Shown here piece by piece: positions 13,424 to 24,980 of a stretch of DNA of 64,000 bases. Numbering within the stretch: position 1 is the stretch's first letter; each line of letters starts with the position of its first letter. The DNA lies in assembly GCA_002269645.1 (NCBI GenBank), contig NIVC01000731.1:62001-126000 (forward strand), given 5' to 3'. The position numbers and the translations under genes were made by a program. Under the pieces are notes generated by a model, which ran no database searches, was not told where the DNA came from, and worked only from the letters and a program-made list of their open reading frames with translations. Source of the DNA: Macrostomum lignano. Taxonomy: Eukaryota.

Positions 13424-16400
13424 ATGACCCTTCGCAGTTGTTTGGTGGCGCTGGCTGCCTTCATCTCAGCTTGCAGCTTCCCATGTTGCTGCCCAGGTAA
13501 GAGACTCGCCTGACTCGCGCAACCAGAAAATCTGACAAGCATCCAGAAAGGTAGGCTACCAGAAGGACAGGTAGGCTATCAAAAGGACAGGTAGGCTACC
13601 AGAAGGACAGGTAGGCTATCAAAAGAACAGGTAGGCTACCAGAAGGACAGGTAGGCTATCAAAAGGACAGGTAGGCTACCAGAAGGACAGGTAGGCTATC
13701 AAAAGGACAGGTAGGCTACCAGAAGGACAGGTAGGCTACCAGAAGGATAGGTAGGCTACCAAAAGGACAGGTGCGCCATCCCCGCCTGAGGTGGTGGACC
13801 AGTCGCATTTCCAGGCTACCAGAAGGACAGGTAGGCTATCAAAAGGACAAGTAGGCTACCAGAAAGACAGGTAGGCTACCAGAAGGACAGGTAGGCTATC
13901 AGAAGGACAGGTAGGCTACCAGAAGGACAGGTAGGCTACTAGAAGGACAAGTAGGCTACCAGAAGGACAAGTAGGCTGCCAGAAGGACAGGAAGGCTACC
14001 AGAAGGACAGGTAGGCTACCAGAAGGACAGGTAGGCTACTAGAAGGACAAGTAGGCTACCAGAAGGACAAGTAGGTTGCCAGAAGGACAGGAAGGCTACC
14101 AGAAGGACAGGTAGGCTACCAGAAGGACAGGCAGGCTATCAGAAGGACAAGTAGGCTGCCAGAAGGACAGGAAGGCTACCAGAAGGACAGGTAGGCTACC
14201 AGAAGGACAGGTAGGCTACCAGAAGGACAGGTAGGCTACTAGAAGGACAAGTAGGCTACCAGAAGGACAAGTAGGCTGCCAGAAGGACAGGAAGGCTACC
14301 AGAAGGACAGGTAGGCTACCAGAAGGACAGGTAGGCTATCAGAAGGACAAGTAGGCTGCCAGAAGGACAGGAAGGCTACCAGAAGGACAGGTAGGCTACC
14401 AGAAGGACAGGTAGGCTATCAGAAGGACAGGTAGGCTACCAGAAGGACAGGTAGGCTATTAAAAGGACAGGTAGGCTATCAAAAGGACAGGTAGGCTACC
14501 AGAAGGACAGGTAGGCAGACGGAAAGTCAAGTAGGTAACTGAAGTCAGACGGGTTGCTAACCAAGTTCCCGCATGCAAAGTTAAGCAAAGTTTTCAAAAA
14601 ACATCGCGGTTCAACCCGCAGCCGAGCAGACGCTGCCCCTGCACGCCAAGGTCCTGCAAAACGGCACCGACCAGCTGCTGCACCTTTTTTGGCAATGCGA
14701 CAACTCCAGCGACTGCGGGCAGCCCGAAGTGGCCAAGATCTGCTTTGAGGACATGTGGAGAAAACAGGATGGCAACGGGACAGTTGTAGAAATGGTGAGT
14801 CCTGTCTGTCTGTCTGTCTGTCTGTCTGTATGTCATGTCCTGTCCTGTCTGTCTGTCTGTCTGTCTGTTTGCCAGCTGTTCAGCAAAAGCAGTCGCCAAC
14901 CCCGCAGAAGCAGCTGCTTATGCCCGACGGGCAGAGATATCGCTACGCCCTGCTGCGCCTCAGTGCAAAGCTTTTGTTCTGCTCCCGGGCCTACCGCATC
15001 CTGGTGAGTGCGCGGCTTCTGTTAGAGTCGGTGCCGTATGACTAATCACATAAAATAATCTCCCAACTTCTCCCCGTTAATCTCGCCGTCACTCTCGCCG
15101 TCACTCTCGCCGTCACTCTATCCGTCACTCTACCCGTCACTCTCGCCGTCACTCTACCCGTCACTTTACCCGTCACTCTCCCCGTCACTCTCACCGTCAC
15201 TCTACCCGTCACTTTACCCGTCACTTTACCCGTCACTCTACCCGTCACTTTACCCGTCTCTCTCCCCGTCACTCTCCCCGTCACTCTACCCGTCACTCTA
15301 CTCGTCACTCTGCCCGTCACTCTACTTGTCACTCTACCCGTCACTCTACTCGTCACTCTGCCCGTCACTCTACTTGTCACTCTACCCGTCACTCTACCCG
15401 TCACTCTACTCGTCACTCTGCCCGTCACTCTACTTGTCACTCTACCCGTCACTCTACCCGTCACTCTACTCGTTACTCTCCCCGTCACTCTCCCCGTCAC
15501 TCTACCCGTCACTCTACTCGTCACTCTGCCCGTCACTCTACTCGTCACTCTACCCGTCTCTCCCTATTCGTCTATCACCACTTCTCAATCTTTAGTAACA
15601 TTTTAATTGCAGCTGGAGTTCGGAGCGTCAAGCTCAAACACCGAGCTCTACAGGACGAAATCGCTTCTTAATTGCTCTGAAAGCGCCTGGAGATCTGCTG
15701 GCTACATCCGGAGTGAGTTCCGCCAGAACAGGTGGGATGGGAATGATGAAGGAGACAGGGAACGGAGACAGAGGGAGGAGACAGGGGGAGGAGACAGAGG
15801 GAGGGAGACAGAGGGAGGGAGACAGAGGGAGGAGACAGGGGGAGGAGACAGAGGGAGGAGACAGGGGGAGGAGACAGAGGGAGGGAGACAGGGAACGGAG
15901 ACAGAGGGAGGGAGACAGAGGGAGGGAGACAGAGGGAGGGAGACAGAGGGAGGGAGACAGGGAACGGAGACAGAGGGAGGGAGACAGAGGGAGGGAGACA
16001 GAGGGAGGGAGACAGAGGGAGGGAGACAGGGAACGGAGACAGAGGGAGGAGACAGAGGGAGGAGACCGAGGAAGGAGACAGAGGGAGGAGACAGGGGGAG
16101 GGAGACAGAGGGAGGAGACAGAGGGAGGAGACAGAGAGAGGAGACAGAAGGAGGAGACAGAGGGAGGAGACAGAGGGAGGAGACAGAGAGAGGAGACAGA
16201 GGGAGGAGACAGAGGGAGGAGACAGAGGGGGGAGACAGAGAGAGGAGACAGAGGGAGGAGACAGAGAGAGGAGACAGAGGGAGGAGACAGAGGGAGGAGA
16301 CAGAGGGAGGAGACAGAGGGAGGAGACAGGGGGAGGGAGACAGAGGGAGGAGACAGGGGGAGGAGACAGAGGGAGGGAGACAGGGAACGGAGACAGAGGG

Positions 16401-17075
16401 AGGAGACAGAGGGAGGGAGACAGAGGGAGGAGACAGGGGGAGGAGACAGAGGGAGGGAGACAGAGGGAGGAGACAGAGGGAGGGAGACAGGGAACGGAGA
16501 CAGAGGGAGGAGACAGAGGGAGGGAGACAGAGGGAGGAGACAGAGGGAGGAGACAGAGGGAGGAGACAGAGGGAGGAGACAGGGAGGAGACAGAGGGAGG
16601 GAGACAGAGGGAGGGAGACAGAGGGAGGAGACAGAGGGAGGGAGACAGAGGGAGGAGACAGAGGGAGGGAGACAGGGAACGGAGACATAGGCGGTGTCAC
16701 AGAGCAGCGGCCCCACCTGCAGTTCCGCGGCAGCAAGCTCTGTGCACCAACGGTGATCGCCAGATCGGCAGCGCAATGGACGCGGACCTACCAGCCGACA
16801 TCCACCGCTTCCTGCTGCAGCAGCAGACCAAGCCGGAAGTTGTCCGCAGCCACAGCTGGGTTGGTCTGGTGGCCGGGACCGCTGCGACCTTCCTGGTGGC
16901 GGCCTGCGCCATCCTGATCGCCTGGGCGCTGCTGACAGGCCGGCTGGAGCCGTCCGTTGAGTCGCTGGTGGCGCAGCAGCACTGGGAGCCGGTGGACCTG
17001 GAGATCCGCGATCCGGACCACATCGACCAGAAGCTGCTAGTTCGGGGGACGGGCCCCGCGTCCTCGGCTCCGTGA
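13424..17075 (+). CDS. Orphan type I single-pass membrane protein (~272 aa, or ~292 aa with the hidden exon). Exons 13424-13496, [13771-13830], 14622-14794, 14884-15003, 15613-15712, 16723-17075
   Basis: Signal-peptide-like MTLRSCLVALAAFISAC. All junctions are GT-AG and phase-consistent. N-glycosylation sequons NGT, NSS, NCS. TM segment VGLVAGTAATFLVAACAILIAWALL and a short tail. AATAAA at ~17263. Confidence 0.7.
13550..14515. repeat. 20-bp minisatellite (CAGGTAGGCTACCAGAAGGA) containing a 40-bp unique island at 13773-13812
   Basis: About 45 tandem units. Confidence 0.95.
15075..15560. repeat. 12-bp minisatellite (CGTCACTCTACC)
   Basis: Tandem units in an intron. Confidence 0.95.
15750..16690. 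repeat. GAGACAGAGGGAG-type purine-rich minisatellite
   Basis: Tandem units in an intron. Confidence 0.95.
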
Positions 17076-17384
17076 TGGCGCTGGGGGTGCGTAACCGCGT
17101 GCTCCAGCTCCAAACTCGAACTGAGCCTGTGGTATCTGCCAGGTTCCACTGTTTGAGGCACTGTCTGCAGCTTTTGCAGGGGCTGTGGCCGCTCCTTTCT
17201 TACGTGTAATGTAAGCATATATCAAGTACGGAATCTCCCATCATACTCTCATGAAATTGCACAATAAAGTGTTGACCTACTCGGATATTTCACTTCTCCA
17301 AAATTGCACACTTTGTTCATACTACTGGACTCCTGGATCCAATTCGACAAAAATGCATTCAGCACACTGCTGCCGAACCATCCC

Positions 17385-18270
17385 GCTCAGCTGCAATCCC
17401 CTCCCTCCGCTCAGCTGCCAATCTCCTCCGCTCAGCTGCCAATCCCCTCCCTCCGCTCAGCTGCCAATCCCCTCCACTCAGCTTCCGGTCCCCTTCGCTC
17501 AGCTGGCAATCCCCTTCGCTCAGCTGCCAATCCCCTCTACTCAGCTACCGGTCCCCTTCGCTCAGCTGGCAATCCCCTTCGCTCAGCTGCCAATCCCCTC
17601 CGCTCAGCTGCCAATCCCCTCCACTCAGCTACCGGTCCCCTTCGCTCAGCTGGCAATCCCCTTCGCTCAGCTGCCAATCCCCTCCGCTCAGCTGCCAATC
17701 CCCTCCACTCAGCTACCGGTCCCCTTCGCTCAGCTGGCAATCCCCTTCGCTCAGCTGCCAGTCCCCTCCGCTCAGCTGGCAATCCCCTCCGCTCAGCTGC
17801 CAATCCCCTCGGCTCAGCTGGCAATCCCCTCCGCTCAGCTGGCAATCCCCTCCGCTCAGCTGCCAATCCCCTCGGCTCAGCTGGCAATCCCCTCCGCTCA
17901 GCTGCCAATCCCCTCCGCTCAGCTGGCAATCCCCTCCGCTCAGCTGCCAATCCCCTCCGCTCAGCTGCCAATCCCCTCCGCTCAGCTGCCAATCCCCTCC
18001 GCTCAGCTGGCAATCCCCTCGGCTCAGCTGGCAATCCCCTCCGCTCAGCTGCCAATCCCCTCCGCTCAGCTGCCAATCCCCTCGGCTCAGCTGCCAATCC
18101 CCTCCGCTCAGCTGCCAATCCCCTCCGCTCAGTTGCCAATCCCCTCCGCTCAGCTGCCAATCCCCTCCGCTCAGCTGGCAATCCCCTCCACTCAGCTGCC
18201 AATCCCCTCCGCTCAGCTGGCAATCCCCTCCGCTCAGCTGGCAATCCCCTCCACTCAGCTGGGAATCTCC
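17385..18270. repeat. 21-bp minisatellite (CCCTCCGCTCAGCTGCCAATC)
   Basis: About 42 tandem units between two convergent genes. Confidence 0.95.
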
Positions 18271-19139
18271 TCCGCTAAGCATAAAGCCTCAAAGCTCAGC
18301 TTCATGTGATCAAGCTCAAGGTAAAAAAATCGATCAAGAAGCCAATTTGATCAGAATAAAAATGTAAATTACGCAGGTATATATTTTGAACTACTCGCTG
18401 ATCGCATTACCGGCAGATAAATTATAATAAACAGTAAAGTTCTTAGCATTTTTATTAGCAGATTTTTATTGAAGATAAAAAAGGTCAAAGAGAGAAACAC
18501 GCAGAGAGAATAAAATTTAACGCTTCTCCTTTAGTAAAAATGTGTGCCGAACTCGGGGGACAGGTAAAAACGGGCTGCAGTAAAAAAGGCCAAGCAAAAC
18601 AAGGCAGACCCCTCCCAACCGCGTCATCTCCGAAAACCGCTGCCTACCGGAGGCTGAAGAAACGCTTCATCTTGACAATAATAAAAAACGGTTTTGCACT
18701 GGCTGTTAGCACAATGACACAAAAATGATGAAGCAGAGAAGCTGCAGTGCCGGGCTGTGCGGGGCTGTACAGAGCACAGTGGGAGCACAATAAGCTAAAT
18801 CAGCGGCCTAATGAATCATCACAGCTTAAAGATGAGGTGCGGGAGAAGCAGATTTACAGCGCCAGGGCCGAGCAGATTGTGGAAGATTGCGGAGGGCGAG
18901 CCGCTGCGGCAGTGGAAGAGGAAATGGCGGATTTCTGGGGCCGAACTGCAGAACTGGAAAATTGAAGGGCAAATGAAGGTCAAGGAGGTTTGAGACCGCG
19001 TCAAGGAACGTCACGAGGGTAAGTCGCTCAGACGGTGCTGCAGATGATGAGTCAGGGTATCAGACAATGTGTCAGTAAGGAGTCAGACAGTGTGTCAGTA
19101 AGGAGTCAGACAGTGTCAGACGGTGTATCAAATGTTAGT

Positions 19140-19400
19140 CGGTGTGTCAGGGGGAGGCAGGTGTGTCAGGGGGAGGCAGGTGTGTCAGGGGGAGGCAGGT
19201 GTGTCAGGGGAGTGAGAAAGTGTGTCAGGGGGAGGCAGGTGTGTCAAGGGAGGCAGGTGTGTCAGGGGAGTCGGACGGTGTGTCAGGGGAAGTCAAAAGG
19301 TGTGTCAGGAAGTCAGAAGGTGTGTCAGGGGGAGGCAAGTGTGTCAGGGGGAGGCAGGTGTGTCAGGGGGAGGCAGGTGTGTCAGGAGAGTCAGACGGTG
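19140..19400. repeat. ~19-bp minisatellite (GTGTGTCAGGGGGAGGCAG)
   Basis: Tandem units just downstream of the minus-strand stop at 19415. Confidence 0.85.
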
Positions 19401-19414
19401 CGTCAGTCGACCTG

Positions 19415-22400
19415 TCACAGCAAGCTGGCATCGCTGGTGAGCCGAGTTCGCGCCCCGAAGCCCGCTGATCCGGCCTGGGACCCGCCGCCGCCGGCAGCGC
19501 TGTCGGAGTGTCCGGAGGCCGGCCGGCCAGAGCGATGGACGAGGGCGGCCACGCGCAGGGTCTCGGAGGTGTACTCGCCGCCCGCCCCGGCCGAGTAGTC
19601 GTCGGAGGAGGAGGCGGCCAGGCGGTCGTAGCCGGCGCTGCCGTCCAGCAGGGAGCCCTCGATGGAGCGCTCCATGAGGGGCGTCATGGCCGGCTGGCGG
19701 CCGAGGCTCGCGGCCGCGCCCAGCGGCTCGCCGGTCGATAGCGGCAGGGGCGGCGGAGGCAGTCGGTGCTGCGCCGGCGGCGGTGGCGGCGGCTGCTGCT
19801 GGCGATGCTGCAGCGGCGGCGGAGGCGGCGGGGGTCGCGAAGAGCGCAGGGAGGCCGCCGCGATGTCCACTGAGGATGGGGAAAACCGGGTGGGGATCAG
19901 GGATCAGAGGATGCGAATGAGGTGAGCCGCAGTTCGAGTCCCGTGGGGTGAGCCGCAGTTCGAGTCCCGTGGGGTGAGCCGCGGTTCGAGTCCCGTGGGG
20001 TGAGCCGCAGTTCGAGTCCCGTGGGGTGAGCCGCAGTTCGAGTCCCGTGGGGTGAGGTCAGCAAGGCAGGTCAGCAAGGCATTTAAGCGCAGCTGTGGAG
20101 GACAACAGAGACCATGCGGTCAGACATGCCAGTGGCTGGTTTCGCATGCTTGTAAAACTGTCTAGGAAACAGAACGCGACAAATGATGAATTGTAAAATA
20201 TGACAACAGAGATAGATGTTCGGTCTTCGCAGGGAGCGGAATTCTATGAGAAAAAATAATAAATTTATTAACTGATGGCGGTGGCTGGAGAGGCTGCGGG
20301 TCTCACCGAGTCCCAGCCGGGGCTGCTGTCGCCAGCTGAAGTTCAGCTCTCGTCTGGGCGATGATTGGGCAGTGTAGAACGATTGAAAAATGCAGGTTCT
20401 TTAACAGGTGAAAACTAAAGTGCAAATGAACTCTAATTACTGGTTCAGTGTTCATTTGAAAGGTTTGAAAATCTCGGAGTGGAGTTACCTACGGACAAGG
20501 TGCTCCAGACAAATTAAACTTAGGCGTGCAAATAGAGTCAAATTATGGAAGAAAAAATAGTTTTAGTGCTTGCATTTTAGTTTCAGATTGCACTTTAAGA
20601 GAACGCCAGAACCGTAAAAAACCACACTGGTGCCACATATGCACCGATAAGTGCACATGCACTTTAAAAGTGCATCAGCACTTAGAAAGAATATCTGGTA
20701 CTCTAAAAGTACACTTGAACTCATATGTACACGAGAAATCCCAAAGCACTCTAAAAGTACACTTGCACCAACCATGCACCAAAAAAGTGCACATGCACTC
20801 AAGCCTACACCAGTAGATTCCCCATTCAAAGCTCACCATCGCTGTCCATGTGGCGAAAGTTCTGCATCTCATTCAGGATGTTGAAGCCGGAGCCGCCGCC
20901 TCCGGGCTGCTGCCGGCCGCTGAACCTCCGCACGGCGTCGCGCGGCGAGCGGCCAGCGGCGCGGAACGGCGGCACTCGCGGCGCGCCGAAAGCTCCGACC
21001 AAGGAGGACATGGAGTTGGATGCGGACTCGCGCAGGCCTGCGAATTTGCGCGTATTCAACATCTTGATGACGGAGGCCTACTAACAGTAGTAAAACGCAG
21101 GATAGAAATTTTGCAATAGATTAGCAATATGCCTGACCCAGGTGTGAAGCTGAGGGCTGTACAGGGCTCAGAGGAGGTCGTGGCCCAGGCTCGATTCTAA
21201 GCGCAGTCACATTAATTTGGGGCTAAATTTGGATCTCGGCTTGGCTCTGCTCGTGCAATTAACGCCATTGAGGGCCAACTCCCAATGGATAGTGAGGGTG
21301 TAAATCCCTAACGATAAATACAGTCAGGACGGCTGCACAGTCCTGTGTGTGCCTGTGAGTGTGACTGCGTACCGCATCCGCGCGCTTGCGAACTGGAGCA
21401 ACCTATTTATTTGTGTGCTAACCAATGCCAACACTGCTTAACTTACAGTGCTACCGGTAATCCACTTGGCTTTAGAAAGGTTCATAAAAAGAAAGACAAA
21501 AAATGGTCGCAGCACTGAGCAGCCCGCACCGTCGGTATTGTACTCGGAGTACAAGTCGGAGTACGAGTCTCCCAGGCTGCCGCCAGCGCCTCTGAGCTCG
21601 GCATCGTACAGGTCCTCGTACAGCGAGTCCTCTGGCGCGGCGGCCTGGCCAGCCAATCGGCCGCTGAGGTGCAGCGGCCGCTGCTGGCTGGCGGTGGCGG
21701 CAGCCGCAGCGGAGGCGGGCCGGCCAGCCGTCATGGGGAGGGCGTTGCGGGCCCGCAGGCTGGCCAGGGACTCGCGCACCGTCACCCGCTGGTACTCGCC
21801 GTCAGCGGGGGCCGCAGCAAGTTCAGGCCGGAGGTCGTTGAGGATTGGCCGCAGAATCGGCTGCTGCTGCTGTTGCCGAAGATTCGCTCCAGCGTCTGTT
21901 GAAATTAAAAATTTAGTAAAAAACGCTTATTTTTCTACTGTCAGTAGCTTACTAAGGAATTTTAACGACTTTTTAAGTATTATAAAGTTAACAAAACAAA
22001 AAACACAGACAGCTGACAAGCCAACATTTATCCATTTATCACAATTAATCCCCCTCGAGGCGGCGCACAATAACTCTGCCGGAGCGAGACGCAAACCGCT
22101 ACACCCGACACCCGGGCAGCGGCGGGTTCTGCGGCGCAACAACCGGCTCCTGAAAGCTCGGGCACCCCCCCCAGTAGAAACTGCGGCGAAATTGCAACAG
22201 TTTAAACTAATGGCGGAGTTGCATAGAGGGACAGAGAGCGGAGAGGAGGGGAGAGTGGCCGGGCGCACAGCAAACTGTGGAAGGCATGCTGGAGCTGCAT
22301 GCACTGCAGTGAAATGCAGATCACCGGACAGCAGATTGAGGAGACGAAACCTTCAGTGGGGGGGGGCAAAGTGCAGACAGATTGGGAGCGATAATGGGAC

Positions 22401-23885
22401 CCCCTGGCGGGCGGGCGGGGTTTCTACATTCCGACAGCGGCTGTGAGGGATCGCAGGCTCCAGAATGGGAGATCCGGTTGACCCCGCGGTGACCCCGGAG
22501 CAGGATGATCCCCCACACCAAGCAAGGCTCCAAGCAGACCACTTTGTGAAACATGATATTTTGGGATATTGGGCCCCAGGGGCTTGTGGGAACTGGCAAA
22601 ATACTGAAACTTGAGCAGGGAGTTGCCGCTCTTACGGAAAGATTATTGGCTCAGTTGATGCAGCCCAGAGCCTGGGACACGCCAGCTCATCTGTGGCTAG
22701 TAATGTCCTTGAAGGTGTTTCACAGAACTGCCATCCCGGGGCAAGGAGAGGCGGCTTAACCGAATTGCCCACATTCTTCATCACCCCCGCCTGAAGCTGA
22801 ATTCGATTGCACCGGAGCCGCCGCTGATAGCCCTGGCCGGGACGGCTGATCCCTGGGAGCGGAGCTGCCCCCTGACCTCCACTGCCGGCTTGGCAGGGAG
22901 ATTTATCCCCTTCTCGATCTTCCCTGTCAGAGTCAGAGTCAATTAGGCCAATTCCCAGTCAGCCGGAGACCCTCAGCCCACTGGAGAGCCGCTGGCTGAT
23001 GAAGCTCAGCTCAGGGACCCACCCTGATCCCCAGTAACGACTTCGCAACTCTCCGATTTCAATTCGGCAAATGCTGGCACATTCTCCCTGTCTACCCTAC
23101 CTCAGTCTCCCTGTCTACCCCACCTCAGTCTCCCTGTCTACCCCACCTCAGTCTCCCTGTCTACTCCATCTCAGTCTCCCTGTCTACCCCACCTCAGTCT
23201 CCCTGTCTACCCCACCTCAGTCTCCCTGTCTACCCCACCTCAGTCTCCCTGTCTACTCCATCTCAGTCTCCCTGTCTACCCCACCTCAGTCTCCCTGTCT
23301 ACCCCACCTCAGTCTCCCTGTCTACTCCATCTCAGTCTCCCTGTCTACCCCACCTCAGTCTCCCTGTCTACCCCACCTCAGTCTCCCTGTCTACCCCACC
23401 TCAGTCTCCCTGTCTACTCCATCTCAGTCTCCCTGTCTACTCCATCTCAGTCTCCCTGTCTACCCCACCTCAGTCTCCCTGTCTACTCCATCTCAGTCTC
23501 CCTGTCTACCCCACCTCAGTCTCCCTGTCTACCCCACCTCAGTCTCCCTGTCTACCCCACCTCAGTCTCCCTGTCTACTCCATCTCAGTCTCCCTGTCTA
23601 CCCCACCTCAGTCTCCCTGTCTACCCCACCTCAGTCTCCCTGTCTACCCCACCTCAGTCTCCCTGTCTAACCCACTTTATCTAACTGCCTGCCCCATGCC
23701 GTGCGTCCCTCACTACTCAATAATACAGCAGAGGCTGCTCACCCCAATTACAGCTCCGCCCGTCCACCCCACTAAAAGCCGCCCGCCCACATGCCATGCA
23801 CATCAGCAGTGGCAGCGCAGCAGTCAAAAAGCTGCTCTCTGCTGTAACCATCGCCTCCCACCCGGATAAAAGTGCAAAAATGCAG

Positions 23886-23927
<42 letters not shown>

Positions 23928-24279
23928 CTCTTCCATCAGCCTCAGTCCGCACGGGACACGCGCGGACCAGTCACCCTCCACCAACTGGAATTCTTTAGCG
24001 ACGGAGGCAGCGGATCGCAGCAAAGACAGGGGGGGGGGGCTCCAACCCGGACAGCCCGTGTTTGCCAGCCACTAAGCCGCCCGCCACAAATCACTCAGTC
24101 ATCATCACTGGCGAGCCCGCAGCTCAATCTGTGCGCACCGGATGAGTGATGAAATAACAGATTCGGTTGGAAACCAACTCGGGCTCCGGAAGTGCTCAGG
24201 ATCGGGATGTTGGAGAGGAAGGCAAGCAGAGGTAGCGAGGAAATGGACACAGGCAGACAGACACAGACAGACAGACAGC

Positions 24280-24311
<32 letters not shown>

Positions 24312-24315
24312 GGAA

Positions 24316-24347
<32 letters not shown>

Positions 24348-24383
24348 GGAAAGACAGACAGACAGACAGACAGACAGACGGAA

Positions 24384-24459
<76 letters not shown>

Positions 24460-24471
24460 GGAAAGAAAGAA

Positions 24472-24508
<37 letters not shown>

Positions 24509-24543
24509 CACAGACAGACAGACAGACAGACGGAAAGAAAGAA

Positions 24544-24619
<76 letters not shown>

Positions 24620-24631
24620 GGAAAGAAAGAA

Positions 24632-24668
<37 letters not shown>

Positions 24669-24699
24669 CACAGACAGACAGACAGACGGAAAGAAAGAA

Positions 24700-24764
<65 letters not shown>

Positions 24765-24839
24765 GCCACACAGACAGACAGACAGACACACAGACAGACA
24801 GACAGACGGAAAGACAGACAGACAGACAGACAGACGGAA

Positions 24840-24919
<80 letters not shown>

Positions 24920-24931
24920 GGAAAGAAAGAA

Positions 24932-24980
<49 letters not shown>

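Noticed and set aside
13550-14515. CRISPR-like reading of the tandem arrays (repeat plus unique island)
   Set aside because: There are no regularly interspaced unique spacers and no cas genes, the context is eukaryotic, and the single island is better explained as an exon.
18747-19025. Plus-strand exon-like segment ending in GTAAGT
   Set aside because: All frames are short, and it lies antisense within the likely 3' UTR of the minus-strand gene (poly(A) signals near 18455).
23743-24005. Extra cassette exons in intron 3 of the adaptor gene (99 nt at 23841-23743; an 18-nt microexon near 24000-23980)
   Set aside because: Both are phase-compatible, but the splice signals are weak or the composition atypical. 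I cannot distinguish them from chance without transcripts.
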